IMG/VR virus record: IMGVR_UViG_3300005253_000193
Coordinates: 1-64,000 of that record
Strand: one strand, 5' to 3'
From: a virus
Length of the DNA: 64,000 nucleotides
In this document: positions 27,611 through 38,253 of the stretch, in pieces
Layout: each line of letters starts with the position of its first letter
Position numbering within the stretch: position 1 is the first letter of the stretch
Position numbers and translations under genes: made by a program
Notes under the pieces: model-generated
Databases searched by the model: none
The model's input: the letters and a program-made list of their open reading frames with translations, nothing else
What the model was told of the DNA's origin: nothing

Positions 27611-27664
27611 AAAAGATGGCCCCCACCGCGAGGCGGGGGCCATAGCTTTCCTCAGTCTGGAAGG

Positions 27665-28447
27665 TTAGCTGGTGAGATCGAGGTCATCCACGGCGGATGT
27701 TTTTTGGTGATCGGTCCCGGATGTGGTGGTGGCCTGTTGGACGTGTCCGGAACTTTTCTTGCCATGAGTCATGAACCGGTCTCCAGCCTCCGTTTTCTGG
27801 TCGTTGGAGAACAGGGTGTCCGACCTCATTCCAGACTCTCGGTAGCCGTCGGTATTGGAAGCGACAGCCGCGAAAGCCGCTTTTGAAGACCCAAGGTCAT
27901 AGCTCATTGTTGCGGCTGCGGCCATACCCATTTGTCTGACAGCCACATCGTAGGCGTCGATGCCCGCACCCATGAACAGGAAGGACCAACCCTCGGCTTC
28001 CTTCTGCTTGATAAGGGTGGTCAGATCCGTGAAGTTGTACTCCGTCGAGGCGTTTTCCTGACCATCGGTCTGGATCACAAACAACACGTTGGGTTCGTCA
28101 TCCCGCTGCTTGAGCGCTGCCTCGGTGGCGCGGATGGATTTGACACACGCATCGACCAGCGGTGTCGCGGCTCCGGGTATGTAGGTTTCGCGGGTCAGAT
28201 TGGGAACCTTGGAGATATGCTCGCCAACGTGGACCTTGTCGATCTTCATCGAGTCAAACTTGATGAGGCTGAACTCGACCTTGCCCTTGCTTTCGTCCCG
28301 GAGGCTATCCAGGTATGTGTTGAAGCCGCCGATGGTGTCATCACGGATCATCTCCATTGATCCAGTTTCGTCGAGTACGAAGGTGACGACGGTTGTCTTC
28401 AGTGTAACCAAGTCCCTTCCCGTATTAGCTTTCGCCATTGTCTTCAT
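27665..28447 (-). CDS. VWA domain protein
   Basis: VLDETGSM, TPLVDA, IQTDGQENASTEY, FMGA. Confidence 0.88.
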   Translation of the reverse strand: MKTMAKANTGRDLVTLKTTVVTFVLDETGSMEMIRDDTIGGFNTYLDSLRDESKGKVEFSLIKFDSMKIDKVHVGEHISKVPNLTRETYIPGAATPLVDACVKSIRATEAALKQRDDEPNVLFVIQTDGQENASTEYNFTDLTTLIKQKEAEGWSFLFMGAGIDAYDVAVRQMGMAAAATMSYDLGSSKAAFAAVASNTDGYRESGMRSDTLFSNDQKTEAGDRFMTHGKKSSGHVQQATTTSGTDHQKTSAVDDLDLTS

Positions 28448-28679
28448 CCCTTTCTTTGGTTGTGGTCACGAAGGCTGCCTTTGTGATGTTTTCGTAAAGA
28501 CTTTCACTCATCACAATGGCCACTGTCTTGTTGTTTTTCAGAACCCTATGAACTTTGCCAGGTTCCTTTTTTAGACCCTTCATGAGAATATTGGGGTCTC
28601 TAAAAGCCTCGGAAAATCCTGTGAGCACTGTTTCAGGACCCCCAACGAGATTGAAGTCAGGAATTGCTTTCTTGACCAT
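28425..28679 (-). CDS. hypothetical protein, possibly Phd-like
   Basis: AGGAGG SD before MVKKAIP; VLKNNKTVAIVMSESLYE. Confidence 0.45.
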   Translation of the reverse strand: MVKKAIPDFNLVGGPETVLTGFSEAFRDPNILMKGLKKEPGKVHRVLKNNKTVAIVMSESLYENITKAAFVTTTKERDEDNGES

Positions 28680-28771
28680 GAGGCTTGACCTCCTATGTTG
28701 TAAATCTACAGCAGATTTGCAGCACATGTCAACTCTTTTTATTTGATGTATAAAGAGAGGGTATAGGTGGG

Positions 28772-29256
28772 GTGGAGGACAAGTTGGCTTATTGGGATTC
28801 CAAGCGGGAAAAAATTGTCCGTCGACCAGATGAACCATATCCGGGTTATCCTGGCTGGGTAATGCACGACTGTGGTTGTTGTGCCGGTATTGAATGGGGT
28901 GGAGAATCACCACAAGAATGTAGGCGCTGCAATGGTGGTCATATAGCTGTGCATGTTGCAAGCGGAGTACGCGCCAAATATCCCGGCGGTAGATTTGTTT
29001 AGGAATGAAAATGGCAAAGCAAACAAAGATATGTGGGGAGATGCATTTGCACGAGGTTGATCCACGCTTAGTCATGGCGGAATTTGCTAAAGCGGTGGCA
29101 ATGGGCTCGCCGGAATTAGTGAGATTTGTTATGAGGAATGGAGATGTCTACGCATTCAAAATTGATTGTATATCGACGCATGTTGTGGCTGAACCACAAA
29201 CGGCGACACTCAGTTTTGAAGCAATCGTAAAAGATATTATTGTCCAGGAATTTTGA
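28772..29256 (+). CDS. two small hypothetical genes (28772-29002, Cys-rich; 29005-29256)
   Basis: adjacent ORFs; CGCC...CRRC. Confidence 0.5.
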
Positions 29257-30052
29257 GAGCTCTTTCCACGGAATTAAGAACTACGTCTGTACTTATGCTT
29301 GACATGGCTAATTCACAGTGGGGGCATCTGTCCCACATGCCGCAAGGGGTCTTTTCATGTTCAAAGTACAGATTTTTGTGAATTGGATATCCAGTGGTGT
29401 CTGGATGTGTGAATCCCCCGAATATAACCACTCCAGGCTTGTTAAAGGCTGCCGCCGCATGGTGTAGCCCACCTTCAACGCCGATATAGCCCCGTGAGCG
29501 CACGATAACGGCACAGGCCTCCCTAAAGGTGTTGGTATGTAACCGAACCACACCCTCAAGCCATTTTGTACCCACGGGGCCTATTTGGACCCAATGGATG
29601 CTGTTCATTTCGAACACTATCTTCTGCCAGCGATCAAATCCCCAATCTTTGTTGGCCTTTGCACCTTCTACATTTTTGGGATTTACGTTTGGTTCGATGA
29701 TGACATAGTTCTCCCCAAGTTCATCGTCATTATTGTGACTTTGAAGGACTTCGTCGGTTGATAGATAGATTCTGCCGGGGGCTGTTCTGGCTTGCCATTC
29801 CGTGAAGCGCCAACGCCTATCTCTTTCCGCGTTTTTGTAGATCAGATATGGGCGACACCACGGAGCGTTCTTAATGCGCGGAAGTTTGGGATTGTCTTCA
29901 ACGTCCTTTAATGTGGCAATAGCTGGATTGTACCACCACTCCACACATATTCTTGGATGGTTATTTCTGTCGCAGATGGCGACCTTCTGACCGGTCTTTT
30001 TGAAGAGGGCCTGCGCCTGCCCAGCCGCCATGATTTCATCGCCATGCCCCAT
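29237..30052 (-). CDS. GT9 (heptosyltransferase-like) glycosyltransferase
   Basis: MGHGDEIM; KDWGFDRW; YIGVEGGLHHAAAAFNKPGVVIFG; C-terminal Cys cluster. Confidence 0.8.
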   Translation of the reverse strand: MGHGDEIMAAGQAQALFKKTGQKVAICDRNNHPRICVEWWYNPAIATLKDVEDNPKLPRIKNAPWCRPYLIYKNAERDRRWRFTEWQARTAPGRIYLSTDEVLQSHNNDDELGENYVIIEPNVNPKNVEGAKANKDWGFDRWQKIVFEMNSIHWVQIGPVGTKWLEGVVRLHTNTFREACAVIVRSRGYIGVEGGLHHAAAAFNKPGVVIFGGFTHPDTTGYPIHKNLYFEHEKTPCGMWDRCPHCELAMSSISTDVVLNSVERALKIPGQ

Positions 30053-30752
30053 TATACTCAAGCCTTTCAAAATCCAATTTGAGATGGTGATGTGCCCAGC
30101 AGATAACACTCTTGGTTACTTCGGAACGCTTGCCAACAATTTTATTGGCATGAATGGTCGCAAAGGGCTTTCTGTAGATTCCTTCAAGAGCGGCTCCTAT
30201 TATTTTTGGTTCCTCCATCTTGAAGATCCTGTTGACCATTATCCTCCCATTTCCATCGCAAAGCCAAGCCACTTGTGGAACTTCCGCTATGGATACGCCT
30301 TTGATTACATCCTGCCAGGGATTCCATCCATGCTGGAGGCATAATTCAAAAAGCCATTGGGTCATATTGTAATTTTTCCCATACGTCTTAATGATATATC
30401 TTCTTTCAGTTGGTTTTAGATGGGGAAAGCCCATGGCAAGCCTGGACATGCCACCATCGGGCTCACGAGTTTTGGATAGTTTGTATAAACTATGAAGCCT
30501 TGTTATTGGATGGCGGACGGTCGCAAATCTCCAACAGTATGACCAGATTTCTGGAGATATGTGGGCATGATCGGAGGCAAAAAGGTGAGGATGTATTGGT
30601 TTGCCATTTGGACGAAGGATGTATGCGCGGAATGCTCTTTCATCGTGTCGAGTTGCCCGTGACATGCCCCTCCTTATGCTTGTTCCACCACATCGCGGGA
30701 TGTGAACATAGTAGACACGATGTTCCAGAGAGCAAAACATCAATCGACCCAA
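30036..30752 (-). CDS. sulfotransferase family protein
   Basis: YVHIPRCGGTSI (5'-PSB) and FATVRHPITRLHSLY (3'-PB). Confidence 0.8.
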   Translation of the reverse strand: MGRLMFCSLEHRVYYVHIPRCGGTSIRRGMSRATRHDERAFRAYILRPNGKPIHPHLFASDHAHISPEIWSYCWRFATVRHPITRLHSLYKLSKTREPDGGMSRLAMGFPHLKPTERRYIIKTYGKNYNMTQWLFELCLQHGWNPWQDVIKGVSIAEVPQVAWLCDGNGRIMVNRIFKMEEPKIIGAALEGIYRKPFATIHANKIVGKRSEVTKSVICWAHHHLKLDFERLEYNGAWR

Positions 30753-31396
30753 CTTAGGAAGAAATCGCCTTGGATGCCACCCCTACGCACCGCCCCCAGG
30801 CTTTCCAGGTACTCGACTCCGGCAAGCTCGGTTAGACCAAAGTTCTGCCCATGTCCTGGTTTCTGCTCGACGCAGATAACGGGTTTTTCCCGGAGTAGGG
30901 TCTCCTCCGCTCCTTTGAGGACGTGATATTCATATCCTTCACAATCTATTTTGATGAAGTCTACTTCCTCAAGTTTGTAGCTGTCCAAGGTTGTCATTGG
31001 AATGACACCACCATTGATAAGTGGGTCGATTCTTGTGTCGCCGGAGCTGCTTGGACCAGTGAAGAGAGTAACTTGTTTGGTTCCTTCTCCAAGAGCAACT
31101 GCGTGGAGACAGGAGTTTGTTTTGCCATCCATATTTTTCTTCCAGCATTTACGGTGGTCAAGTTTTGGCTCGAAACAATGAACCAAATCAAAGTCCCTTG
31201 CCATGTGAGTTGCCCATAAGCCAATGTGGGAACCAACGTCAATGGCAACTCGCCTTTTCTTCACAAACTTCATGGCCGCTTCATATTTGTGATATTGGTA
31301 TGAGGGTTTTCCATCTACAATTTTGTTGATTTGTTCCATCCACTCGATGAGGTGGGTTTCCCCATCGGGAAGCCAAATACCCTTCCATTGAAACAT
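30740..31396 (-). CDS. FkbM-family methyltransferase
   Basis: IDVGSHIG, FEP, FIKIDCEGYE. Confidence 0.9.
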   Translation of the reverse strand: MFQWKGIWLPDGETHLIEWMEQINKIVDGKPSYQYHKYEAAMKFVKKRRVAIDVGSHIGLWATHMARDFDLVHCFEPKLDHRKCWKKNMDGKTNSCLHAVALGEGTKQVTLFTGPSSSGDTRIDPLINGGVIPMTTLDSYKLEEVDFIKIDCEGYEYHVLKGAEETLLREKPVICVEQKPGHGQNFGLTELAGVEYLESLGAVRRGGIQGDFFLSWVD

Positions 31397-31408
31397 TTTG
31401 AGTTCCTT

Positions 31409-32098
31409 CTATCTGATTGCTTCTAAGAGGAAGTCACCACTTTGATAATCAAGAACCGTATAACCAAAATTGTCAATCAACCATTGTATGGCTTGGTTAT
31501 CTGGAAGTCCATATCTCCGTTTTGCGACGCCTGGATATTGTTCAATGGAGATAATTGGAAGGTTATCCCCAATGAGTTTTTTTGCTCCTTTAAGGGCAAA
31601 GTATTCATAACCCTCACAATCTATCTTGATAAGATGTACCTGTTTAAAGTGGAATGAGTCAAGGCTTCTCAGAATGGCTTTTTCAGAACCGTTTTTATGG
31701 ATGTAGGTAATACAGGAAATTCCGGGCTTTGTTTTTAATTGAACAGAACCATTTTGTTCACCAATTGCAAAAGGATATAATGTTACATTTCTGTCATTTA
31801 CATTCTTTTGAAAACAAAGGCGATGTTCTTTGATTGGTTCAAATGCACTAACATGAGTGAAGTGCCTTGCAAGATGCATTGTCCATAGACCAATATGAGC
31901 ACCAACATCAATGGCGGTATTTAAGTTCCCTTTCTTTTGTGTGGTCTTTAATGCTGCTTGAATCTTTTCATATTGGTAAGTACCTTTTCCATCGATAAGT
32001 GGTTCCCTTGCAAATCGTTTAATAAAATAATTATCCTTATTTGGGACCCAAATGTTGCAGATATATTTCATTATTTTCCTCCAATCGCTCTCCAACAA
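31409..32098 (-). CDS. FkbM-family methyltransferase (paralogue)
   Basis: IDVGAHIG, FEP, LIKIDCEGYE. Confidence 0.9.
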   Translation of the reverse strand: MLESDWRKIMKYICNIWVPNKDNYFIKRFAREPLIDGKGTYQYEKIQAALKTTQKKGNLNTAIDVGAHIGLWTMHLARHFTHVSAFEPIKEHRLCFQKNVNDRNVTLYPFAIGEQNGSVQLKTKPGISCITYIHKNGSEKAILRSLDSFHFKQVHLIKIDCEGYEYFALKGAKKLIGDNLPIISIEQYPGVAKRRYGLPDNQAIQWLIDNFGYTVLDYQSGDFLLEAIR

Positions 32099-32892
32099 AT
32101 CCCATCACTGATTTCATCCAGGGTCCATTGATTGTTGGCCAAGGTACACGCCCATTTATATCTCCCGTGTGGTTTCCTTGGGTTGTTGATTTCCCTTATA
32201 TTTAGAAGTCCCATTGTTGAAGCCGAGCATTGTCCTGTGCAGATGACCGGGATACCAGCAAGCACGGCTTCCACCGCTGAATTGCTTACATAGGTGACCA
32301 AGGCCCAAGCCCCTTTGAGATCTTCTGAGAGTGGATTGTGGATATTGAGCCGTTTGCGAATCTTTATTGGGCGGTCGGTGTATCTTTGAATACATTCAAC
32401 AGCGTTTTTCTCCCACAGCGTCCCATCAAATTGAAACAGAGCTGAGAAGATATCATCCGGGGGGCATAATATGATATGTCTTTTGTCGATGCGTCCATTG
32501 AGAGGTTTGTTAACTCTCCAAGGTTTTATATTTATTCCGAAATGGTTGAATCTCTTTCTATATGGTCTTTTGGATATTCCGGTGTGCATATAGGCGTTCT
32601 TTGTTATCCTATAATATTCGAATCTTCCAAAATAGGCGTGATCTCCATAGTACCAGTCTCGACCTTCGGCTTGAGCCTGCTTTAGATTGGGCCATAGATG
32701 AACGCTTCCAAATAAGGCTATTGGTCCAGGCCAAAGATTGTCATGTTGGGTCAATTTCTTGCTCCCACACCCTTTGGCAAAGGCTTCACACCATCTTGGA
32801 GATGTGGATTCGGTGGTGACTTCATAGACGTTTGGGAGGAGCATCATATTGTTCCAATATGTTGAATTGTGTAGAGTATACAGCGGGGCCAA
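32071..32892 (-). CDS. GT-B / capsule-biosynthesis-like protein
   Basis: ALVTYVSNSAVEAVLAGIPVI motif. Confidence 0.55.
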   Translation of the reverse strand: MAPLYTLHNSTYWNNMMLLPNVYEVTTESTSPRWCEAFAKGCGSKKLTQHDNLWPGPIALFGSVHLWPNLKQAQAEGRDWYYGDHAYFGRFEYYRITKNAYMHTGISKRPYRKRFNHFGINIKPWRVNKPLNGRIDKRHIILCPPDDIFSALFQFDGTLWEKNAVECIQRYTDRPIKIRKRLNIHNPLSEDLKGAWALVTYVSNSAVEAVLAGIPVICTGQCSASTMGLLNIREINNPRKPHGRYKWACTLANNQWTLDEISDGICWRAIGGK

Positions 32893-33072
32893 GCCTCAGA
32901 CCATAAAAAAATAAAGAAGGCTTTCACGACATTCTAAACCTTATTGTTGACTTTTCCACCTTCTTCCAGTAAATGATTGAATGGTCAGTAGCTACGGGCC
33001 ACGGAACACCCGAATCCCGGCGTGGTGACGCATCATGTCGGGTTTGTGTCTTTAACCAGAGTGAGATGGCAA

Positions 33073-34434
33073 ATGAACACCCCAGCTCGGCACCTCAGCG
33101 TCGAAGATTTCAAAGAAGCCACCCGCGAAGATGGACTCTCCGGGGAGTCAGTGATTCTTCGAAAGCAATTTGCCTGCGATGAGGTGAGAGCTATCAACGA
33201 AGAGAAGAGACTCGTCGATTTTGTTATTTCCACCGGCATTGTCGATCGTATGGGAGATACGATTGATCCCGCTGGTTGGAATCTCAAGCCATACAAGAAA
33301 AATCCTGTTGTGCTCTGGGCGCACGATTCCAGACAACCCCCAGTTGCCCGTTCCATTCGTATTCGGAGAGAGGGTGACGCTTTGGTTTCCCGTGCTGAGT
33401 TTACGGACCAGGAGCTCAGTCCCTTCGGTTTTTCTATTTTTCAAATGTACGTCCAAGGCTTCATGAAGGCGGTCAGTGTTGGCTTCATACCCACCAAATG
33501 GGAACGTGTTGAAGACGACGATGACCGCCCTTGGGGAGTCGATTTTCTGAAGCAGGAGCTACTCGAATACAGCACCGTCCCCGTACCAGCCAATCCGGAA
33601 GCTCTCATTTCTGCGAAGGACGCGGGGATTGATCTTCGCCCGATTAAGCAATGGGCTGAGGATTTGCTTAGTAATTGGGACGAAAGAGGTGACCTGCTTG
33701 TTCCCAAGGACGTTGTTGAGGAAATCAGGAAGGCAGCGGATCGCACCGGCAAGTCTACTTTTGTTGTGCCGGTTGAGGTGCAAGATGATCTTCTTGCCAG
33801 GAACCTTGCCGCCGTCAAGCACGGAGAGATGGGCTCCGATCAGCTCGATGGGGAGAGGGAAAGCAAGGAATTCGATGATCCTGATCTTGTTCCTTTGGAT
33901 TCTGATGAAGAGGAAAAGGGGGAAACTCCCGTGACCATCACAGGAACAGAAGAAGACTTTGAGTCGGTTGAGCTGGATGACGATCTCGAGGAGGAAAAGG
34001 ATGGAGACGATCTTGATCCGTTTGACGAGAGCGACATCAGCCCCGAGGCCTTCTTAGAGTCAGCAATTTCGGCTACCGACTATATTTCGGATGCCATCGA
34101 GGATGGCACTCTGGAGATCGAAAGTCGTAGTGGACGGAGGTTGGTGGACAACGCTATTTCCGCCTTCCGTTCCGCCGCCGATGACTTGGAAAAGCTCATT
34201 GGCGCGGAGAAGGAGAAGGAGGAAGACCCCCAGCCTTCAAGCAATGATGCATCCTCCGATGTTGAAATCAAGGAAGATAAAGAGACACCGGAGATTCCCG
34301 CAATCAGACAACCCAAGGTGGACCCCCAAGCGGTCGCGGAAGCGATCAAGGAGGTTTTGCCAGGTCTCATTTCCGAAACCATCAAGAGGAAGGTTCGGGA
34401 CAGTGTCAACAAGTTGAGCGGCAAGCTCGACTAA
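33073..34434 (+). CDS. HK97-type prohead protease with long acidic C-terminal extension
   Basis: DRMGD...NPVVLWAHD...AVSVGF...LLEYSTVPVPANPEA. Confidence 0.9.
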   Translation: MNTPARHLSVEDFKEATREDGLSGESVILRKQFACDEVRAINEEKRLVDFVISTGIVDRMGDTIDPAGWNLKPYKKNPVVLWAHDSRQPPVARSIRIRREGDALVSRAEFTDQELSPFGFSIFQMYVQGFMKAVSVGFIPTKWERVEDDDDRPWGVDFLKQELLEYSTVPVPANPEALISAKDAGIDLRPIKQWAEDLLSNWDERGDLLVPKDVVEEIRKAADRTGKSTFVVPVEVQDDLLARNLAAVKHGEMGSDQLDGERESKEFDDPDLVPLDSDEEEKGETPVTITGTEEDFESVELDDDLEEEKDGDDLDPFDESDISPEAFLESAISATDYISDAIEDGTLEIESRSGRRLVDNAISAFRSAADDLEKLIGAEKEKEEDPQPSSNDASSDVEIKEDKETPEIPAIRQPKVDPQAVAEAIKEVLPGLISETIKRKVRDSVNKLSGKLD

Positions 34435-34482
34435 ACCCCTTGCAATGATGTCCCTTTGGGGGCAACAGAAAAAGGAACTACA

Positions 34483-35739
34483 ATGAGTGACAACGAAAAA
34501 GACAAGGGCGGAGAGGCTGCGGACACCTCCGAAGCTCCCGACCTTTCGGCTGTGGTCCGTGACGCGGTTGCAAGCGCCATGGAAGGAGCCGAGGATCTCA
34601 TCCAGGCGAAGATCGACGAGTCTTTGGCCCCTTTGAAGGCTCAGCAAACCGACTGGATGGAGCAGATCCGTGAGCGGAGCGACAGCGCACCAAAGACCTA
34701 TGAGAAGGGTATTGGTGCGGCTCGCTTCGTCCGCGCCATGGCTTTTGGCAGGGGTGACGTTGCGCGTTCAGTCTACTTCTGCGAGAAGGCGTGGGATGAC
34801 GATCTCAGTCGTTCCATCGCCAAGGCTCTCCAGGCCGGCGACTTCACCGCTGGTGGTGCTCTCATTCCGCCTGAGTTTGCGGCGGAGATCATCGATCTGC
34901 TTCGGTCGCGTTCCATTGTTCGTGCAGCCGGTGCTCGTGTGCTGCCGATGAACAGTGGCACCCTTACCATCCGCAAGGCGACTGGAAGCTCCACGGCGTC
35001 GTATGTTGGGGAGTCGACCGACATCGCCAAGACGGAACCGACTGTCGGCCAGATCGTGCTGAACAGCAAGAAGCTGGCTGCCATCGTTCCGATCTCCAAT
35101 GACCTCCTGACCTTCTCGAGCAGCCCCGCTGCTGACGAGTTCGTCCGGGATGACTTGGTGCTGTCCATTGCCACCCGTGAAGACCAGGCATTCCTCAGGG
35201 ACACCGGCCTTCAGGATACCCCCAAGGGTCTACGCTACTGGGCGCAGGCGGCCAACGTCTCCGGGACCAACGGCACTTCCGCGGCCAACGTCGAGTTGGA
35301 CTTCAAGGAGCTCATCGACGATTTGGAAGGCAACGACGTCAAAATGATCAGGCCCGTGTGGTTTATGGCACCGCGTTCCAAGAACCATCTGATCAACCTT
35401 CGCGACACCAACGGCAACTTGATCTTCCCGGACGTCCGTGGTGCCAGCCCAACCCTTTATGGCTACCCGGTCTTCGTTTCAACCAACATCCCGGTTAACC
35501 TGGCCGGTGCCGGGAACCAGTCCGAGGTTTACTTCGTCGACATGATCGATGCAATCATCGGTGAAGCCACGGCTCTCGAAATTGCTGTGGATGCTTCCGG
35601 TGCCTACATGGAAAGCGGGACCTTGAAGTCGGCCTTCTCCCGCGACGAGACGCTCATCCGTGCGATCTCACGGCATGACTTCGCCGTGCGGCATGAGGAA
35701 AGCGTCGCCATCAAGACCGCCGTTGTTTGGGGCACGTAA
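34483..35739 (+). CDS. major capsid protein (HK97 fold)
   Basis: GGALIPPEFAAEIIDLLR, YVGE, KKLAAIVPISNDLL, LRDTNG. Confidence 0.93.
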   Translation: MSDNEKDKGGEAADTSEAPDLSAVVRDAVASAMEGAEDLIQAKIDESLAPLKAQQTDWMEQIRERSDSAPKTYEKGIGAARFVRAMAFGRGDVARSVYFCEKAWDDDLSRSIAKALQAGDFTAGGALIPPEFAAEIIDLLRSRSIVRAAGARVLPMNSGTLTIRKATGSSTASYVGESTDIAKTEPTVGQIVLNSKKLAAIVPISNDLLTFSSSPAADEFVRDDLVLSIATREDQAFLRDTGLQDTPKGLRYWAQAANVSGTNGTSAANVELDFKELIDDLEGNDVKMIRPVWFMAPRSKNHLINLRDTNGNLIFPDVRGASPTLYGYPVFVSTNIPVNLAGAGNQSEVYFVDMIDAIIGEATALEIAVDASGAYMESGTLKSAFSRDETLIRAISRHDFAVRHEESVAIKTAVVWGT

Positions 35740-35817
35740 GCCTAGCGTTCTAGCAGAACTCAACATGGGGCATATGGGGGCGAACCACCCCCGCCCCAAA
35801 GAGACAAGGAAGTGACC

Positions 35818-36306
35818 ATGACCAACAAATCTTTCCAGCAGGACGTCGGCGCATACCTTCATGGTGTCAATGCCCTCAACCCGGCTGTTGTCACGGCTAC
35901 CACCGTGGCGGCAGGTACGGAACTGGACGGCGTCGATATCAACCGCCTGTCCGATCCAGTCAACCTCACCGTTTCCGCCAAGGTTATCATTCCCTACAGC
36001 TACTCGTTGGCTGCGGCGGAGACCGCCACCCTCAAGTCGAACGCGCAGGACGGCGCCTCGACCACGGCATATACAGACTACGACGACAAGGACGGGAGCA
36101 CCGCCAATTCCGTGACTGTCGGTTCGACGGCCACTACCGCCGCGCAGACCGGCAACGGAGTTCTGGAATACGATCTGGATCTCGCCGCCGCACGTCAGTA
36201 TGTGCGAATCCAGCTCACTCCCACCTTCTCCGCCACCTCAGCCGATACTAACGATGTTGGTGGGGTGATGGTCTTTGGTGGTGGGACCGTGCTTCCCGCC
36301 GCCTAG
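35818..36306 (+). CDS. probable capsid decoration protein
   Basis: T/A-rich beta protein directly after the MCP. Confidence 0.55.
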   Translation: MTNKSFQQDVGAYLHGVNALNPAVVTATTVAAGTELDGVDINRLSDPVNLTVSAKVIIPYSYSLAAAETATLKSNAQDGASTTAYTDYDDKDGSTANSVTVGSTATTAAQTGNGVLEYDLDLAAARQYVRIQLTPTFSATSADTNDVGGVMVFGGGTVLPAA

Positions 36307-36439
36307 ACCGTGACCGTGCAAAGGGGGTAACAACAAGGAAGGCATGGGCGAACGAACCCATGCCTTCTTTTGTTGGTGAAGGATGTAGTTTCACTTGGTA
36401 TAATCGAGGCACAGAAACACGCATAGAAAGGGGATACCC

Positions 36440-37222
36440 ATGCAAAAGAGAACAAGAAAGCCTCCGAGGCAAAAGAGAACGAGAAAGCCTCCGATGCAAA
36501 AGAGAACAAGAAAGCCTCCGATCAAAAAATTGGCTTTGGTTGGTTCCGCTTCAAATACCAAGGACCTTGTTCCTTGGGAGGATGATTCGGTCGAGATTTG
36601 GGGGCTTGCCTGGAGAAAGGATCTTATCAGGGTTAATCGCCTTTTTGAGATGCATCCCTTTGCAAAGCATCGTTACAAGATTCCCAAAAACTATGTTGGG
36701 TATCTCGCGAGTCTCAGAACGCCAGTTTACCTTCTCCAAGAACACCACCGGATTCCCAATGGGGTTGTTTATCCCATTGATGTAGTTATCCAACGCCTTG
36801 GCCCCATGTTGGATAAAAACTCCGATGGGGATTATTTCGCATCCTCCATTGCTTATCTGTTGGCTCTGGCCATTGTGGAGGAATATGATGAGATCCAACT
36901 GTACGGGATCGACTTCATTGATACCGATGAGTACGGACATCAGCGTCCAAACATGGAATATCTCATTGGGGTTGCTCGCGGCTTGGGGATCAGCGTTTAC
37001 ATTCCACGGAAGGCAGCTCTTTGCTACTTCCCATATCGTTATGGGTATGAGCTTCCTGATTTTGGCCTCATCGATTCTGGCATTCTCAAGGAGAGAGAGA
37101 AGCAATATAATGAACAATGGGAAAAGGCCAGATGCGAGTTCTACACGGCTGATGGTGCTCGTCAGGAAGTGCGGCAGCTTCTGAAGATCACCGAACAAGC
37201 AAAGAAAGGACGCAGAGAATGA
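36440..37222 (+). CDS. hypothetical protein, possibly sialyltransferase-like fold
   Basis: LALVGSA...SSIAYLLALAI...EIQLYGIDF; N-terminal 3x27-nt repeat. Confidence 0.5.
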   Translation: MQKRTRKPPRQKRTRKPPMQKRTRKPPIKKLALVGSASNTKDLVPWEDDSVEIWGLAWRKDLIRVNRLFEMHPFAKHRYKIPKNYVGYLASLRTPVYLLQEHHRIPNGVVYPIDVVIQRLGPMLDKNSDGDYFASSIAYLLALAIVEEYDEIQLYGIDFIDTDEYGHQRPNMEYLIGVARGLGISVYIPRKAALCYFPYRYGYELPDFGLIDSGILKEREKQYNEQWEKARCEFYTADGARQEVRQLLKITEQAKKGRRE

Positions 37223-38245
37223 GCAATAACAAAGTCGTAAAGTTCATTATGCCTTGGCGTCAGTACAATACTGGAGAGCTTGCCAGGTTTGCGGGACCGA
37301 CGGCAGATGGACTGGTCAGAAGTGGCTTCGCCGAGTATCACAAATCCGGTGACGCTCCGGCTGCCACCCGCCCAAAACTGAGGCCCGAGCTCGGCGTTCG
37401 GGACAGGCGTGAGACGCCCGATGGCTTACCGGATGACCTTCGGGAACTTCCAGAGGGAGAAGTTCCAGGCGGCGTCATCGTCGAGGATGAGAACGAGGGC
37501 CTCGAAGCCCAACATGCGGGATTTGGCAAGTGGTTCATCTACCGTGATGGTGAACAGATCTCTGGTCCACACACGAGGGCTGCGGTCGTGAAGATGGGCC
37601 TGCTCGAAGAGAAAGCCAAATCCAAGAGGAGGGGTAGGCTCAAATGATGAAGGCCAAGAAAACGAAGACCGTGAAGACCACCCGCTCACCACCGCCGCCT
37701 CCGAGGTCCGTCCGGTGGCCCCGGCGACATGGGGGGACAGAAGTTCTCCCACGAGAGGTCAAACCCAAGGACCGAAAGACCCGTCAGCTTGAGGCTGGCA
37801 GGTCCGTGGGGTACGAAACCAAATAATACGTTCTCCTTGGTGGTCTGGAAGAAATCGGTTAGTCTGTTGGCTGACGGAACCGTAAGGTCTACGCCCGAAG
37901 GGAATTTAGATGGTTCATACAAAGAATCTCGCATTTTATTCGGGAGATGACGTAACCATTAATTCTTCCGCTAAGGATATAAATGGAAACGACATCAATG
38001 TTACTACTGGCGCTTCCTTCAGTTGGAAGATGGCTGTGGATGAATATTCCGCAGCCATAGTTACGAAAACATCAGGTTTTGATACTGCGGGTTCAACTTC
38101 TAACGCTGGTTATTCTTTTACTATTGCTTCGTCCGAGTCGGCCGCTTTGGATGGTGTTTATTATCATGAAGCTCAAGTTACAAAGGCCTCTGTGACTACA
38201 ACCATCCTTAAAGGCTACCTTACCATCATTAGAGATCTTGCGTAG
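37219..38245 (+). CDS. three small late genes (37219-37647, 37644-37826, 37910-38245)
   Basis: coupled ORFs in the head operon. Confidence 0.55.
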
Positions 38246-38253
38246 GTGCTCAA

